Assembly (NCBI RefSeq): GCF_963921235.1
Contig: NC_086097.1
Location: 133,550,001 to 133,614,000 of the forward strand
Direction: 5' to 3'
DNA from: Mobula hypostoma
Lineage: Eukaryota
DNA: 64,000 nucleotides
Shown: in pieces, positions 62,031 through 64,000 of the stretch
Layout of the letters: each line of letters opens with the position of its first letter
Position numbering within the stretch: the stretch's first letter is position 1
The notes under the pieces: generated by a model
Databases searched by the model: none
What the model saw: only the letters and a program-made list of their open reading frames with translations
What the model was told of the DNA's origin: nothing
Translations under genes and position numbers: made by a program

Positions 62031-62792
62031 GCTAGTGCAAAGTAGAGCTGGTTTAAAACAGAAACATCCCTTATTCACAGCAGTAAGTAAGTCCTCTTGT
62101 ATCTTCTTCAGACAATCGTGACAACAGTGATCCAAGTGTGTTTTGCAGAATTACTAGCCCTTGGACATTCAGGGCAACTCTGTGTGTCATGTTGTGACAT
62201 GTCGCCAGCATAGTCTGGATTAGTTGAGGCACAAAGCAGACTTTGTTTTTTAAAGCAGAATGATTAAGGGAGGAAGAGAAGAATGCGGGAAACACTCAGC
62301 AGGTCTATGGAGAGGGAAGTAGAGTGAGGTGAAAGTCTTTTCTGTTCCAAGGTCAATGATTTGAAATGATAACTTTCACTCTCCATATTTGCAGAGTAAC
62401 TCCAGCACTTTCTGTTTTCAAATGACCAGAATTTAGAGTTTTTCCATATTTAGCATAAGAGAAGAACATTGAATTTCACACAGTCAAGACAGAGCAACTT
62501 CTATTGAGTAAATATTTCAGCATACATTTGGTGAGGGTTTCAATTGGATCTGAATCTTCAGCACACTATACTTAGCCTGAGATTTTGCTCAGAAGAGCAT
62601 TTAACCAGAACGTTGGCAGCAGCTACATCAGCAGTTTTCTGTTAAGAGTGTCACCGAAATATTCAAAATGCAAATAGCGAGGAATATTTTATTTTGCTAC
62701 AGAAAAAAAGACCTTAAGCTCAATATTGTTACATGGCAGTATGCCAGTTTGCAACTGTCAGCATTATGTTGTACTGCTGAAATGTGCAAACA

Positions 62793-63445
62793 AGTTGTCT
62801 ATTGTATCCGGTGCTTCCGTTGCAGCCTCCCCTATGTTGGTGAAACCCGCCGTAAATTGTGGGACCGCTCTGTCGAGTACCTCTGCTCTATCTGCCAAAA
62901 GCGGAAATTCTGGATGGCCAAACATTTTAATTCCAATTCCCATTCCCATTCCAACATGTTGGTCCATGGCCTCCTGTTGTGCCACGATGAGGCCACCCTC
63001 AGGGAGGAAGAGCAACACCTTATATTCCATCTGGATAGCCCCCAACCTTATGGCACGATTGTTGATTTCTCCTTCCAGTTAAAAAAAATCAAAAAAAATC
63101 CCCCCCCCCACCCTTCTTCTATTCCACTCTGGCCTCAAATCTCTTCTCACCTGCCTTTTACCTCCCCCTGGTTCCCCTCCTCCTTCCTTTTCCTATGGTC
63201 TACTCTCCTCTCCTATCAGATTCCTTCCTCTCCAACCCTGTAGCAGTCCCAGCCACCTGGCTTCATCTATCATCTTCTAGCTATCCTCCTTCCCCTCCTC
63301 CCAACTTTTTATTCTGGAGTCTTCCCCCTTCCTGAAGAAGGGTCTTGTCCTGAAACACTTGTTCATTTCCTTGGATGCTGCCTGACCTGCTGAGTTCCTC
63401 CAGCAGCTTGTGTATATTGCTTTGGGTTTCCAGTATCTTGTGTTT
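62793..63445 (+). mobile_element. 5'-truncated Penelope-like element: GIY-YIG endonuclease remnant, 3'UTR and pLTR hammerhead
   Basis: VVYCIRCFRCSLPYVGETRRKLWDRSVEYL...KHFNS...REEEQHLIFHL (GIY-YIG with CxxC); CTGAAGA at 63332-63338 and GAAAC at 63352-63356. Confidence 0.92.
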
Positions 63446-63467
63446 GGTCAATAGTTATGCTGATCAA

Positions 63468-64000
63468 TTTAAAGTACAAACTGCATTTATCAAAGTATGT
63501 GTACTATATACAACCCTGAGATTAATCTCCTTACAGACAGCCACAAAACAAAGAAACCCATTAGAATCCATTAAAAAAGACTAGCAAACAACAAACGTGC
63601 AGAAAAAAAAACAAATTGTGCAACCAATAAAAGTAAGCAACTAACATTCAGAACTGAATTTCATGAAAGTGAGCCAGTCATCACTGCAGCCGGTCCAGGA
63701 GCTCGTTAAATGTAGGTCATAGACTCAGTTCCGTGCAGAAACAAGTAAAACTCACAGAGCAGTGAGCTGAACTGCCCTGTCCCTCGCCTCCGGCCCTTCT
63801 GAGCTTGACCTTTCCAATCTGGCCTGGCACTTAAATTGATCAAACCTCGGGTTTTTCTTCACTCTCAAGTGCGGGCCCCACTACTTCAACTCTGCCTCAC
63901 CTCAGTTCTGCTGCATGAAATCGCCTCCAAGTCCACTCCAGCATTGGCTCATTTCCCGCTCCCGGCCCGGACCCCACTACCTTGATTCGGCCTGTACGAC
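63468..64000 (-). mobile_element. Non-coding retro-like element with Rex-type 3' tail, running off the window end
   Basis: Tail antisense of AATCTCAGGGTTGTATA...ACTTTGATAAA (as in Rex tails at ~30270 and ~44880) joined to a GC-rich non-coding body. Confidence 0.6.

Noticed and set aside
62668..62792. N-terminal extension of the GIY-YIG ORF as a possible domesticated gene
   Set aside because: Flanking DNA fortuitously in frame with a truncated, degenerate Penelope; no splice or promoter support
1..64000. Prokaryote-type systems (CRISPR arrays, operons, retrons) or rRNA genes
   Set aside because: No regular repeat-spacer arrays, gene-dense organisation or rRNA motifs; all RT fragments belong to eukaryotic CR1, Rex1 or Penelope clades

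Overview
Vertebrate nuclear DNA, AT-rich and CpG-depleted. The repeat mix (CR1, Rex1/Babar, Penelope, V-SINE and Deu-SINE families) suggests a cartilaginous fish, probably a ray; this is inference. I found no host protein-coding exon I can support, and nearly every long ORF in the track is a retroelement fragment, its antisense, or a microsatellite artefact. The one likely host feature is a CpG-rich, transposon-free block at ~14.1-15.4 kb with an NF-Y box and splice donors, probably a promoter/first exon. The most interesting signal is RNA structure in short non-autonomous retroelements. (1) A 263-bp RTE-derived element (51870-52132, minus) starts with a decayed twister ribozyme, and its 5' boundary falls on the predicted cleavage site. 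(2) A second bipartite RTE element (1905-2222) shares the same downstream hairpin but has a different, unassigned multi-stem 5' fold. (3) About ten Penelope-type minimal hammerhead cores occur, several inside foldback mini-elements. (4) Two non-coding retro-like elements have 5' ends complementary to a subterminal 3' site. Family names come from recognising motifs by eye, not from database searches, and boundaries of decayed repeats are approximate.
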